Source of the DNA: Lingula anatina
Lineage: Eukaryota > Animalia > Brachiopoda
NCBI GenBank assembly: GCA_051362555.1
Contig: CM120644.1
Span: 1,620,954 to 1,684,953 of the forward strand
DNA length: 64,000 nucleotides
Reading direction: 5' to 3'
In this document: positions 12,773 through 28,238 of the stretch, one piece after another
How positions within the stretch are numbered: the first letter of the stretch is position 1
How the letters are laid out: every line of letters begins with the position of its first letter
Program-made: the position numbers and the translations under genes
Notes under the pieces: model-generated
Databases searched by the model: none
Told to the model about the DNA's origin: nothing
Seen by the model: only the letters and a program-made list of their open reading frames with translations

Positions 12773-15700
12773 GAAAAAAACAGCAAAAATGAATCAATAA
12801 AAATACATGTTTAAAAAGTTAATCAGACTTCACAAATATGGGCCACAGAAATAACACATATATGTCCAATATGATACATTACTTTGTCAAACTCTGCCTC
12901 CGCCTGTTTCCTCATGTCTTCCAGAGGACCAATCAGAGCAGCTATCTTTTCTTCCTCCAGTTTACAGCGCTCTCTGGCCTGTGGCGAGAAACAAAGGAGA
13001 CATTAAGACACGAAGCAACTCATATCATCCATTAAAGGTGGACTCAAAACTAAATGCCTTGCTTCCAATAATATTAAGAACATGTTGTATGAGGGGATCT
13101 CTATCCAGATGACCTCAGCATAGGGATATCCCACTGCACTTTAGACGATAAAATTACACCTCACCTACAATTATTCACCATCCTTTGCCATGATAATAAA
13201 AAATGTGTTATTGTATGTCTGATATGAGTGTGTGTGTGTGTGTTTGTGAGGGTGTATGTGTGTATAAATACACGTACAAATAAAATAAACACATCAAAAA
13301 CAAGCAACTTGTTAAGTATGAGTATATTAAGTCTTCATAAAGTTCACCTCCACAAACTCCTGTTTTTGTTCTTCCACTTTCTTCACGTGACCTTCCACCA
13401 ATTCCTGCGCCGCTCTGTGCCGAGGACGTAACTCCGAGACCCTGTCCTTGTATTTGGCGATACAATCAAAGGCTTCGTTCATCTTCTCAAGGCCTGCTTG
13501 GTACTTGTCTATCTTACTCTGAAAGGTGAAATCACATTACAGTACACCGTCATGCTTGTTGTATGTACATTAAACATAATCTATTCAAGAAAAATTTTTG
13601 ATTAAATACATAATATTCTTAAGTTCAAAAATTTGATTAAAGACTTACAATTTATAAGTAATTCAAGCTTGTTTGTTTTTTATTCTACAAAGAAATAATA
13701 GAAATCAAACTATTTTAAATAACTTTGAAAATAATCAGTGAAGTGGGCTTCAACAATAGAAATCCATATGGTTATCAAGCTTCATCAATACCGAAAATCT
13801 CACCTTTTCTTTCTTGGCAATACTTGCAGACACCACCTTAAAGATGTGGACAAACTCCATAAATGTCAGTGGGGTGTAGAACTTGAGCTGTGCCTGACTG
13901 TACTGTGAGTAGAGCCTCTCTACCGCCTCCCGTGAGGAGTTGTGGATGTAAGCCATGGCGGAGGAGACGGCTTTCACCTGTTCTAATGTGTTGATTTCTG
14001 ACCATGGGACTGGTATCTGAATAATAAAAAATATATATAATTTCATCTCTTAAACGTACTCAATCCAGGATTTACCTGCCAAAATTTATTTTCTTCAGGA
14101 AAAAAGCAATTTTGTCCTACTCATGAATCATTGCTCAACCTATCCCTTCACTAGTATTCCTTGTTTGATTTTTTTTTTTTTCATTTGAATTTGATGATTT
14201 ACTTCCAACTGACTGGCCAGTCATTTCAAAGGTCATCATACACTATATACAACTCATCCCACAAGAATTAACTTACTCTTGAAGACTCATCCCGTAACCA
14301 CGTCTCGGCAACTTTGACGTAGGCGTCATGGTTCCAGGGTTTGTACAGATCCACACTGATCACATGATGTATCAGGGAGGGACATTTCCGCAGCAAATTG
14401 TGCATGGGGCTGTGTTTGGTGTACACTGTGGAACCTGTAATTATGTCCGATAACAAACAATATTAACTATTGCAGTAGTAGGAGTTGAGCAAATATGTAT
14501 GGTACTAAATACTCATGGCGCTTGTGGCAATGTTGAATAGGCATTTTTACTGAAATGACTCTTAAATAAATAAACTAATATAAATGTGGATTAAATTGAA
14601 CTTAATACTTAAAAACAATTAAATAATAAACAAATCGCTCTCTATTTCTACTTAAATTTTATGGTGCAGGTAAGAAATTATTTCTACATAATAGTAAATC
14701 TAAAGCATTAATTTTTCAACATCAATATGCACTTCAGCACAGAAAGTTATCACCTCTGTACCTGAATAATTCAGAATTATCACCACATGCAGGTTTTGTT
14801 TAACTCTCCGTATGAACTTGTCATTGAAGGTCTGTTCCACCTTGTCCACTTTCCTGATCTGGACCTGACCGGGGGTCATCTGGGTGGCTATCTGCTGGAG
14901 TTCCTCTGTGGTGTATAGGCCAGGGCAGGTACCTAGGGAAATATTGACAAATAGGGAATTAAAATCCTCATTCTAATTATCTCCTGTAGTTCGACGGTGA
15001 CAGGTACCTTAGAAAATATGGACAGATACTGAATTTAAATTCTCATTCAATTGATCTGCTAGAGTTCCTTTGTAGTGTACAGACCGGGGCAGGTACCTAG
15101 GAAAATATTGACAGATAGGAAATTAAAATTCTCATTCTAATTATTTGTTGAAGATCCTTGGTAGTGTATAACCCAAGCAGGTACCTAAGAAAATATTGAC
15201 AGACATGTAATTAAAATTCTTATTCAAATTGTCTGCTGGATTAATGTCTTATTAATTTCAGAGCATGTACTGACCTTCTACCATATACGAGCACACATCA
15301 AGCAGACATTCCTCCCCAAGTTCCTCATGGATCATCAAGACGACAGGTTTTCCCACAATGGCAGCCGTCTGACTACAGCGTCGCATGTGCTCACGTAAAA
15401 CTTCTCTGTTTCTGGCCAGGTCTCCTTGGGGCTTGGGCTCAAACAGCTGAAAGATTATATCAAACTTAGTAGAAAAATAGCTTGTCAGAACAATACTAAA
15501 ACTCCACATAAATCTTCATTGTCATCTAAATATTACGTGACATAGACAGAAATTAAAGTAAGCTTTTGGTATGTCTCAATTTTAACCATTTCATAAATTT
15601 CTTTCTATATTTCACTTTTATAAAGTACATCATATGCTTTGGCATCATAATTGGTGTTAATATCTCCTTGAAAGAAATAAGAAAGAATGTATATCTGAGA

Positions 15701-18700
15701 TAAAGAAAGATCATCATCTTGAAATGACAAATGGCCAACTACAATGCTGGCCAATACGGTACCTTGCAGTGAGCTATGTGTGCGGCTAGTCTGGTCACTG
15801 TGGCACGTCCAGTACAGTAACTCATGCCCAGTTGTAGGGAGTGACCATTGGTCATAGCCTACAATATTGTCACAGATGTTATTATTATATATACAGTGAG
15901 TGCAGTCTGTTAAAAACTGATGATAAATGAAATGCCTTGGAAAAATCCACTTACAAGTGCATATATCCTCATAATGAACAAATAGAGTTAGCATGCCAAG
16001 AAATCATCAAAAAAGGATTAAAAAAATAAAATAAATGACTACCCACCAGCACTCTACTGAGCCTAGCCATATGTTGTATGGCCTCCTTGAAGAAGACCAG
16101 ATCCAGTCTCTGGGACGTCCCAGCATTGTACAGTGCCAGGCAGGTCTGCAAGGCTTCATCCAAGATGTCCTCTGAGCACTCCACATAGCCTGGGGGGAGA
16201 ACATAACAACTATTACTATATCTAGATGGTCCAATATGTTAATGTTAAAAAAAGAATTAATAACAGTAAATCTGGTGAGATATTTTTTTTGTCAGGATCC
16301 CTCCAAATTTCTTTTTTTTTAGTTCTAAATATCTGCTGCAGAGTATGTTTAAAGGCACAAAAGCTACACAACAAAAGTAAATAAATTTTTCTCTATATAA
16401 AGTAACTGCTGTTCTATATTTACTGGTCTGACATATTCTTCATCAGATGAATAATTTATTTATCACAACCAAAACAAGCAATTAAAATTCACCTTCTACT
16501 TTCAACAGGAATCTAAATTTTAGAAATCACCTTAACTGGTTAATCAGGACAGCACTCTTCATTTCATGTAAATAATGGGGAGTTTCCTTCAGCCATATCT
16601 GACCTATGTCACCTTTCAGTATCAGGAATGATGCAATGGTGCTGGTATTAAAAGAAAGATTCCAAGAGACTTGGTTATATGTCAGAAAGGCTCATAGCAG
16701 AACAGGATGTGTTATTTTTTACCTTTGTCAGGTGTAAGTCCCATAGCCTCAGTGTAAGAAGCCATGATAAACTTGGTAAACATGATATCTGTCAGGTCCT
16801 CATTCGGCAGTTTGATTTGATCCATGGATAACAGTGGCCCCTCATAGGCCTCCGTCTCTCTGTCAGCTATCAGCCCTGTTTTGAAGGTTACTCCTCTCTT
16901 CACTTCTTTCTTGGCACCTCCTTTCTTTAAACTTGGAGTGGGAGGAGCCTTCAGGTTTGATGCCTGGCTGGGATTGGCTGCACTATCTGTCAGTCAAAAA
17001 GGAAAGTTACTAACAGTGAAATATAGCACCATGCAATCATTAATGACCTTGAAATAATGTTCAGAGAAATTTGTTTTCAATAAGTAAGAAGTAAATCAGT
17101 TAACCGTTAATCTCAAACAAATTGGTAAACAAGATTAACTAGCACTAAACATTAAATCACTTTTTTTATTGAGAAAAATAGATAGGTTAGCATCATGAAG
17201 TAAAAGAATTAATAGAAAGAAGTAAAAACACAAATCTCAGAATAAAACTGTATCTTCTCAGAGAGAGTAACTGGAAGAATTATTAGTCAAATTAGAATCA
17301 AACACTTAAATTTTCAAAATAAATAAACACCATTTAAAGCCAAACTGAGCACTTCAGAGTCAGAAGCAAAATATTACAGTAAGGCAACAGAGAGCTATAT
17401 GCACAGGATTCTGGTAATAAATCAGATTGTTTTGTCAATTACTGCACCCTGTTTAAAAAGACACTAAATTCAGATTCTATAAAAACAGAAATTGTCAAAG
17501 ATAATAATACATGTGTATAAAACAGGACAAACAATATTTCTTGGTGAAGCACAACAAGTTTAATGCACCCAATTCAGGAATAATGCACCAACTTAAAACC
17601 TTGTCAAAATGCACTAGGATAACAAAACGCATTTTTCATCAAAATAACTTTTTGCCATAACAAAGAAAATTTTCAAAAAAAAATTGAAAATAAATAATTA
17701 ATACTTTAAAAAAAGAGAACTCTCTGTTGCCCTAACACTGATACCTTCTAGCGAATCACTCAACAAGCCAATTGAAGAATACAATGTAGTGCGACTTTCA
17801 AGATGTCCAAGCTGTAACCCAGTGCTGCCACTGGGGGTTCTTGTGTAGTCTTCAAGATAAAACAGCACGCAATTAGTGGAAATCAATTATTCATGTACGT
17901 TGTAGATCACCAATGTCCTCATCTTCAACTCTTGGAGAATCTAGACAAGTTTTGGAATTTGAAATCTGTCCAAAACAAACTGATTTTCACAAAAATTTGA
18001 GGCAGACCACAAACAATTAGTTTTTAGGAAAAAATGGACCCGTTTTTGGAGCAGATTAAAAAATAGTCCTTCCAACTGAATGATAATACCAATTATAGGA
18101 AAATTTAGGCAACTTTTTTGTCTTGTTGAAACTGCTACTTTTGACAGCCATTTCAGCAAAACATTTCATCAAGTTTTTAGGTCAAGTTTATAATACAGAT
18201 CAACTTTTCAGGCTTACATTTTACATCAAAAATACTATATTTGTATATCATTACTTTCAACATTAAAAAGCATCATGGAAATTTAAAACCTAAAACGTGA
18301 AATTTGGATTTGAAATTATTTGGGAAATTAAGAGCATTAATTTCAATCACTGGTTATAACAATAATTATTTTTTTAAAAAATCCACACCACACACTCTTG
18401 GATTCAAATTCATACACCAAATCATATAAAGTATGACTTTTGCCTGCATGTTATGATTTCATTTTTTGGACGAAACAATCTCCGCAACACTACATCTAAT
18501 AAGTTGTTTAGTGTAGCAGGATTCCAACACAGATTCAATGAGCAGATTCACAGATTCACAGATTCAATTAGTGAACTTTTTAATTCAGTGATTTGAGTGT
18601 GTGGAAGGAGATGTCCATGTATTAGTATACAACACCAGCAAAAGCCACAACACCTGTTTAAAATCAACACCATTAGTTTTTGTAATATTAAAGTCAAATT

Positions 18701-20533
18701 AGTATTGACTAATAAATCTACTGGTGAATATGTCATTAAAAAAGTAAAGTAATGATGTCACACAGAATCTAAATCTGCTAGAAATTACATTTTTACTTAA
18801 GAAGTCTGCAAAATGTGTCACACCTACAAGTTATGTATACAGATGACTAGAAATCTACTCAATATAATACTCAAATCTGCATAGATCCTGTAAATTCTCT
18901 GCTTTCATTTAAAATGTGCCAATAGTTTCCATGGTAACCCCTACCTGTCATGGCAGTGCTCTCGTCTCCCGTTGTCGTCATTTTGGACTGCATACCACTG
19001 GTTGTTGTTTCTGTAAAAGACGTTATAATCTATCACTGATAAGAATTTCTTTACAAGTACATTTCATCTCAAAACAATTTGGATTTGTTGAAAAGAAAGA
19101 TGCTAGAAACTGTTCCTTTTTTTCTCTCAAAACAAAAGAGATGTTTCTCAATTTTCTGATTTATTCCTATCAACTGTCCAAAAGATAATCTTAAAAAATT
19201 GACACCAGTATTGGATATCCACAATATTTACTGACAGGTATAAATTCCCATCTCTCTCACCTGTTTCAGAGTCCTCCTCTGAAGATGCCGTCTCTTCTGT
19301 AGAACTCTCCTCTGTGGTTTCGGTCTCGGTGGACCCCGTGGACATCCTGGACCCAGGGTCCTCACTGGGGGGTGGGGCACGGATTGGGGCGTTGAACTCA
19401 GACTGGTACTGGGACTGGATGTCATACTCTGTGCTGAATGGAGTGACAACATCTGTGGTGGCTGCCTCTGTGAATTCACCTGGAAAATGTTGAAGAAAAA
19501 TTAAAGCAACTAATCCAATAGATCAATTTTTAAAAATCCACAACTGGAGTTAAACATATTTTCCTTATTAAAAGACAAGGCGGATCCTCATTATTCAAGC
19601 CTTTGTGAATACACCTGATGTAACAAAATTATATCAAATATCATCACAAATATCAGTGGAAACATGGAAAAACATGTCTAAAACATTACCCAGTCACTTC
19701 AAGGAAAATAACAAGCTATCTGAAAGCTTAGAGGTTAGATTCATTTGAACAAAAGGTGTGAAAGAAGTAAGTTTATTGACTTGTCTACCACAGTCATAGA
19801 CAGCCTTCAGGACAAAAGTCAAGATCTTCAACAAAAGGCATGTAAACACTTAATGAGGACAAGACCTTTTCTCTTTCCCTACATGAAAGACTGAATGGTC
19901 ATTTGATTGATCACTGTACTGGACCTCAGACAGTGTTTTTAAGTTGGATATTAAAAGAAAATTAGCCTTGGTTAACAGTTGAAGAGAAACACCACTGTCA
20001 GTGGCTATAATGAATGTCAATTAGGGTCACCCATATGCCATATGTCAAATTATCACCAAAAGAAGGCAGTCTTCTTATTTACAAACACATTTTTCATTTA
20101 TTTATTTTTTATCTACCTTTTGTGTGTGTGTGGGGGTGGTGGTGTTTAGGAGGTCAACCTACCTTGACTCAGCGGTGTAACAAACTCCATAGTGGTGGCA
20201 TAGTCAGAGAAGGGTGTGGTCACCTCTGTGGTCACCTCAGTGATGGTCACTGTGCTGGCTGTACTGGGCAGCTCATTGTCCGGAGTCAAGGAATCACTCT
20301 TATAGAAGGGCGGAGGCGTGATTCTCCTCACTGGGGATGACCGTGTGAACTGAGAGATAGAACAGAGAGAAAGAGATAAAGACGTGTGAATATCACACCA
20401 ATATTCTGCACAATGAGATGAATAACAAATAATTATCACTTGAAGGTTTATGAATTGTGCAACATGTAAAGAAACCTTTCAGCTGAGATTTATTTGATTG
20501 GATATACTGATTCATTGAATTACTTAAAAGTAC

Positions 20534-20566
<33 letters not shown>

Positions 20567-23500
20567 TATTATTATTATTATAATAGTTCAGTATAAAATA
20601 TGTGACCTAAGTTATTAAAATTGCCTAAATTATTTAATTATTTGCTATAAATAATGTCACGATTCCATGCTTGACTATGTGATACCCATGAATTATCAGA
20701 TATGATGACTAATTTCCTCTGAATTGTATTCTACTATAATATTCATTCTACTCTTCTAACTTAACTGCCAATCTTAGCCGCCATGTTCTATGTTCATCAT
20801 CAGATCTACAATCATATCAATCAGGTTATAAATATGCACCATGTAATCATTAGTTCTCAGTCAACTGGACAATTAGACAAGTAGATGAAAACTTTTCCAA
20901 ATTAAGTCCAAAGAAGGAAAACATCTTAGACTATCACAAAAAAATTCCATTAGTCCCACTGGACCAGGCATTTTGAAAACGATTTTTTTTTGTCTAGTGG
21001 TATATCTACTAGTCAGTGGTCCAGGACCATTAACTGATCTCAAACATTTCTCTCTTATAACCCCTGTCACTGAACCTTAGCTTATACATGCAAGCAGCAT
21101 CAAAATGGGACATTTACTGCTGTCTTTACAGCATCATTAAATCATGCTGTTTACATTAGAAACTCATTTCAGCATCATGCAGAATCATGGACTATGAACT
21201 ATAATTAAAAATTAACAAATTTTAATGAATCTTCATCAAAATCATGCAAAATAATCAGTGCATGCTAAAGCACAGCATTTGCGTTCGATCTTATCTATAT
21301 AATAGATATATTGGGTTATTTATTTATATTCATCGTATGTATAAGAAATATGTGGTGGTCAGCTGTGTCCAGTAGTGACCATGTATCTACCTTACTGAGA
21401 AAGGACTCTACAGTGCTGCCCTGAAATAAGGGGTCATATATAGATAACAGTGCAATGTGGTGGTGAATGTGCTGTCTCAACCAAACACAATCATAAGTCT
21501 TGATGTCACAACTAACACACTCACTTAGTCAATCATCCGGGCATGTGAACTGTAACAATATATGTCATCTATAATAATAAAATAAGACTATCCTGTTGGA
21601 AATAAATAAATATATAAATAAATAAATAAATAAATGAAAAAGCAAAAATTATGGTGCATCTATCAAAGAAATATACTGATAAATTTTCTTTAGATGACAT
21701 TATCTTATTATGTGCCAACCATTTAAAGGGGCATTTTACCACCTATACAAGCGATGGAAGTTGACTTCATGAACTGAAAGCTAGATTTAGTTTTATGTCT
21801 GCTGTAATTCCACTCAGGCAGATGTGCTGGTGAGTTTATGATGACAGAAAGTTGCAGCTTGCAACCAACAGAAAAATTATAATAAAACAAGCTTTTGTGC
21901 ACATTATGTGGAATTGCTTTTCCCAAAGAAAATAAAATTGAAAGATTTCAAAGAAATTTCACATTATGCATGACAAATGCAGAATACAAAAATGTACACA
22001 CAAAGTTATCAATTAGAAGCACAACAACATGGCAAAGTGCTTTGTGATTATATATAATTAAGTGCAGTGCTTCAGATTTCTATCTTCATGTGTTCAGTTT
22101 ACCTGTGAACCACTTTCTTCTTTGATAGAAGACATTTTCTCCCTGAACTCTGCCTTGCCAGTGCAGAAGTATTTGGCCACTATGTCCTCCATTGTTCTCT
22201 TGAACCACATACAGTCTAGAAGAAAGTTTTGCGGACTGAGTGTTATTCTGGTTAATTTTACGAAGAATTTTAAAATCAAATTATTTCATATATCTGATTC
22301 TATGTTGTAATTAATCTGTATGCCACAGGCACAATAAGAGTGTCATTCTATATCTTACTCACTGTTAAAGATTTTTGGACTCTTACATATTGGTATTAAG
22401 ACCCGATTTATTTGAAACACATACATCAAAGGAAAGGACATAACTCTTTAAGTATGCGGCGAAATATAAACGTGTGTCCGTTCAAGTGTGTGTGTATGTG
22501 TGCATGTGTATGTGTGTGTGTGTGTGTGCATGAGTGTGTGCATGTCCTAACCTTCTTCTGCAGTTATCCTGTCCCCAAACGTCCTGGCAACCTCATGACA
22601 CCACAGTCTGGCAATGACACGCATCATAGGTGGCGCTCCTCCCACCACATCTTTGCCAGCAGTAGGAGCCCAATTCTGAGATCTCAGCTTGCTTCTGTCC
22701 ACAGGTTTGTTCAGTGCTGGTAAGCTGATAGTCATTTCTGAAATAATATCAGAATTACAATTATCACTGGCATGATATTAGATATCTGAGAGACTTATGT
22801 GGAAATCTAATTTTACAAATTCACAGGCCTGCCAAACTTAAACAAAATTGATACAGATTGAAATATATTCTGATACAAAATTTGCACAGACTAAAATATA
22901 TTCAGATAAAAAACTGATTAAACAATTAGATAAATTTTGCCAAGTGCATAACCAATTGCCTCATGCCAGTAATAACTGGTCATAACTGCCAGCCTTACTA
23001 TTACGTCCCAGCTCAGGTTTGTCTTTCTTTCTCCGTGGCTTTGGCTTCAGTTTTGGTCGCGCCCTTGGCGACATCATCAGGATACCCTCCATGACTCGAG
23101 CAATGTCACGCAGTGTGAAGATGTAATGAGCATTGGCAGGAGTTGGTCGCAGTCTCTCTTTAACTACATTATACATCTCCAGGAGACCTTGGGTCATGGC
23201 CTAGAAAAAAGAAAAATAAATTTATTATATACTTTTGAAAAAAAAGGAACTTTCATTTATCCAACCATAATTTTCATTAGGCATCCTGTGGCCAAATAAA
23301 CCAGGCTTGTAGGCAGTAATTTCAAAGAAGGGTTTCTTTTTCTGAAAAAATGGACATTTATACCCTTTGAGTTAAGAAATAATATAGAATATCAATTACG
23401 TTTTGTTTCAAAGTGGGCTCTTTGTATGATACCCCAAACCTCCCTGCCTACAGGCTTGTATACTGCTACTTTACCAGCCAATATGCCAACTGCTTACATT

Positions 23501-25433
23501 GACTTCGACATAAACTTCTACAGACAGGCACTTACATAAGCAAACTCATGGTGGTGTTCTACAGAGTAGGTGGGGAATTCCTCCAACCATGACTGGATGG
23601 TCTTGCCAAACAGAGAATGCATCCCCTCTGCAGTCGGCATAAAAAATGTCATTACAGTGAACAGACGTGTCAGCCTCGAGGACAGAATGTGGCATGATTC
23701 TCCGGCACCTGAACCTGAAAGAAACAAGTGTCAAAGTGTCCAGTTTAGGACTGCAATGTGATTATGATGAAATTCTGATGACAAAATATAGCTTTCTTGG
23801 ACCACAAAAGTCAGAGTACTTCTACACTCTTGAAGCTGAGAAACATATCTTGTAAGTAATGAAAAATGTTCCATAACTGAGTCTAATATTTATTGCCAGC
23901 TTCCATGGACACCTTACCAGCTACTCCAGGACTCCTGCACGCTGTCACAAAGTCCGTTCCCTCCAGGTCCAGTTTGACATGGCGGTGACGGTCATACAGA
24001 CTGCGCTGTGTCATGACCTCTCTGAGTACCTCCAGTGATGGCTGTGTGCCTGCAAGGTAGTGGTATACAACTGAGAGATGATGATCACATCAATAAACCA
24101 TATCAATCAATATGCAATCAATCTATTTAACATGCCTTCAGTGAATCAACAAAAATAAAAACTCAAAACATTACATTTTAAAGAGGACTTTAAAACTTCA
24201 AAATGACTACATCATGTTGTCAATGTTCATCATTTACAAAAGTCAAATCCATTTAGTCAAACCGAAGCAATTTTAATTATTTTTACTTTTTAAAACTAAA
24301 TAGCGATTTAGATTTCCACTTACCTGTGACACAATCACTTTTGGCCATATTCAGGTCATCAATGAAGAACAAGTGGTGTGGTTTGGGGAGAGGCGCGGTA
24401 CTTGGGTGCGTGCTCAGGACGTCACGTTTATTGATCTCCAGCATGTAGTTGGCCACGGAGTTGTGGAGCTGCTGCGGGACGACACCTTGAGAAATTGGCA
24501 GCCGAGAGAATGGGTGCTTTTGCTGGATGATATTCTGAAAGAAATTTTTTTTTTCAATTGTGATCATGACAAATGATGTGATATTGGGACCTGGTGTTTT
24601 TGCATATTGATATTCTAAAAGAAATCTTGCTAAAATATTCACTCCTCATAAAATAGCAATATCAACCTGTTCAAATGGCATAAAAAATTAACACGCATTT
24701 AATATATGAAATGATCAAATTTCCATGGTTTCTATCACATCAGTAGTTCAACACTGTGGCAAAGCAGGTACCACCACTGACCTGTATGAGAGCAGTTTTC
24801 CCCACACCTGGAACGCCAACCAACAGAACAGGGTAGTGAGAACTCAGCAATAAGTCCACCAGGTAGTGGTAGCGCTCCACCTGAAAAATACAGAGAGATC
24901 ATACATGTAAAGCAAAGAGTGAAACAATATGTCCGCTTTCTGTGAAAATGAAATCCCTTATGCTAACAAAACATTATATGAAAAAGGCCTGGGGGGCACT
25001 GGTTCTATTTGAATGCCTGGGAAAGGAAAAGAAGAGCAAAAAGAACAGAAAATTCCAAAATGGCAAACAAAATCAAAATGGAACCCATCTATTCTCAGTT
25101 ATTTATTTCTTGGAAGGGACAGACACATAACCTGCTGTTGTGTTTTGAGAAGATTTTGAGGTTGGGGAGCTTGAAGGGGGGCAGAGGGAGAAGGGATCCC
25201 CCCTGCTAGACCCACCCTAATACACCAACTCACCTCAGGAGTGATGACATAGTGTGCAGGCAAGTTCCTCATCTTCTCCATGGGTCTGTCACTCCACTTT
25301 ATCATCATACCATGGTGGACCTCCACACAGTAGTCAAACACAGTACCACTGAGAGGAAGACTGATGGGGTAAGTGGCGCGGTACAGGGTCTCACGGCAGA
25401 ACTTGTTGAATTTACTGATGTGCCTGGAGGTAT

Positions 25434-25492
<59 letters not shown>

Positions 25493-28195
25493 TTTGCAAA
25501 TTAAAAAAAATCCATTTAACTGTAATACAATGAGTTATCATGATAGCTCTTTAAACAAATCTGTCCTGTACCTTTCCTGTAGTTGTCCTCCAAATCCCCA
25601 AATAAAAGCAAAGGCATACATGCTCTTCACCACATTGGTATAGTTAGGGATGCGATCCTCGTAACGTGAACTGCCAGTTAACCTACTGGACCTCATGTTG
25701 CTGTCTGCTCTGTAGTCTGGGGTCAGTTTGGCAGGGGAGGCGGGAGGGGCCTCATCTAAAAAGGTTTTTCAAATGTATGTATTCATATATAAGAGAGTAA
25801 TAGACAGAAATTAGCCAAGATCTTATTACAGATATATGAAAATGTAATATTTGTTTCTTGTCCTGTTTTTTTATAATCTTTTGGGTATCAAAAAAAAAAA
25901 GAAATGATGTTTTAGTAATCAAGTGATGGTCTGTAAGTGTTATGTGGCAAATGTTTTTGGCTGTAACAAGTGTCAGGTTGGCATCTATTTAGAGGGCCAT
26001 GATAAACAGAAAAACACTAAAAACTTCAGCATGTGCATAAATCTACTGCCACAGAATCATTTACCTGGTTTTTGTTGACCCTCTGCAGCGCTCTCAAAAT
26101 CAGCCCTCAGGAAGTGGCGATCACACAGCGCTGAGAGGATCCTGAGCAGTGACATCACTTCCTGTAACCCTGGCACTGACTGAGTATAGATGGCGCTGGA
26201 ACGGTGCATGTCATTGGTCAAGGAGTAGGTGCAGTCATTCTCTAGGTACCTGATGGTCTGAGGGATGGTGGAACTGAACAGGTCGTCCAGGATCTTCAAA
26301 CTGGAAACATCAACATATTCATTATCAGAACAAGCATATTAAGGAAAGTGCTGCAGAAATAAAAAATTTTACAAAAGCTGAGGCACCACCAGACCTGTAG
26401 CCAGTAATTTCAAGAACGGTTCTTTATCTAAAAAAACAGACCTTTTACCGTGAAACCTTTTTGTTTCTAGATCAATTTTTACCAAAAGCCGACGTTTTCT
26501 AGACAGAAAGGGTGGTTTATTCAAATCCCGAGGTTCATTTGAATCCCACCAACCCCCCTGGCTATGTGTCTGAGTAGGAGTACATCCATAATGCAAATAT
26601 TTATTCTGAATATAGTCAGAATTTCAGAATATTTGGGCTCAAATTCTGACAAGAATACTGATATTCAACATTAATATAATAATTTGCAATATAAGTGTGT
26701 GTGTGCAATGTTTACATTCACATATTACAGAATTCAATGATAAAAGATTAAGTATAATTTAGCAAAGGAATTATATTAATACACCTTATAACATGTTTCT
26801 GTGTCTAATGCATATACCAAGGTACATATACAATCATATCAGATACAAAATCAAACATGTATATACATTTGAAAATGAAAACAAGCAAATAAAATAAATT
26901 CCAACCCTTCTCTGAAACAAATGCCCAGATAAGCCACGATCATGGAAGTACCACAGAAGCACCAGGACAGAAGTATTATGGTATTAAAGTGCACCCAGCT
27001 ACAAAGAACCAATTACCAACTGTTGAGAACCAATCAAGAGCAGTTGTTTTTGTAGACAGGCCATTCCCTATCCATTAAAAACACCCCTACAGTCCATTCT
27101 CACTGCTCTCCAGGGAACAATAACCCACACTATTGGAACATAACATATCAATTCATTAATTTATATTGCCATAGTGCTAACCAATGCATTTCCTGGTGCC
27201 GCTGTAGTAGACTAACTGTTGAGGTGGGCCAGTAGTACATTGGCCGCATTCACAGCCAAAGTTGATCCACAGACGAATAGATCCGCGAACAGACAGATAT
27301 ATCTGGCCCACTTAAAACTACCAAGTAATCCCTGTGGTAAATCTATTTAGTGCCTATTACTATTAATGAAATATGAGTCAAGCTTTCAAGTGGATCTGTC
27401 ATATTTGATCCACAGATGTACTGGTCCACAGATCATCTTGTTCTGAATGTTCCCATAAAATGTGCCCTGGTACAATGGCTGTAAGCAGAATTCATTAATG
27501 AAAATGACCATTGCACTGACCAATGTGTTTCCAAGTACTTTTCAAAGTGGGTCAACTGTTTTTCCATAAGAGAATGGGCAAAGAAGGCGACCGGAAATGT
27601 TTATTAATTATTCAGATGTCCACTGTGGGTTAATTGATATATTTCCTAGTACCTATTTAATGAGAAAATCTGTTGGGGCTGTTTACATGGGCTGGCCACA
27701 AAGGAAGTGAATGGACACAATGGATGGTTTACTTTAGGACATCTTTATGAATATTTTGTGTGGGAGAAGAAAGGTAAAGATGTATCATATTTCTCTATTT
27801 TGTTTAATACATTAGGTCTATTAATTTACTCTCTATCATGCCATTAGAGGCATGGGGCCCATTAGTTCCATCAGTTGCTACAGTATTCAAATTTTACTCT
27901 TATCATAATCATCAAGTAACAAGTTGAAAACATATACAAATGGCTAGAGATGGTTAAAAAAACACCATCCACCCAAACATGTTTAAGGTCAAACGCCATT
28001 CAATTTCAAATAGTTATATCAGATGGGCCAAGAAACATGAAATCACTGACTGAAGTAAAAGGTTTGTAGTTTAGAAAGGAATCCATCAGCCAGTAGAGGG
28101 AAAGATTCAACAACATAATTTTTTTTCAACTAATATGTTCGGAAGATGGTGCTCAACCCGTTGCCTTCAACTTCCTCAAAAAAATATACTAATAA

Positions 28196-28238
<43 letters not shown>

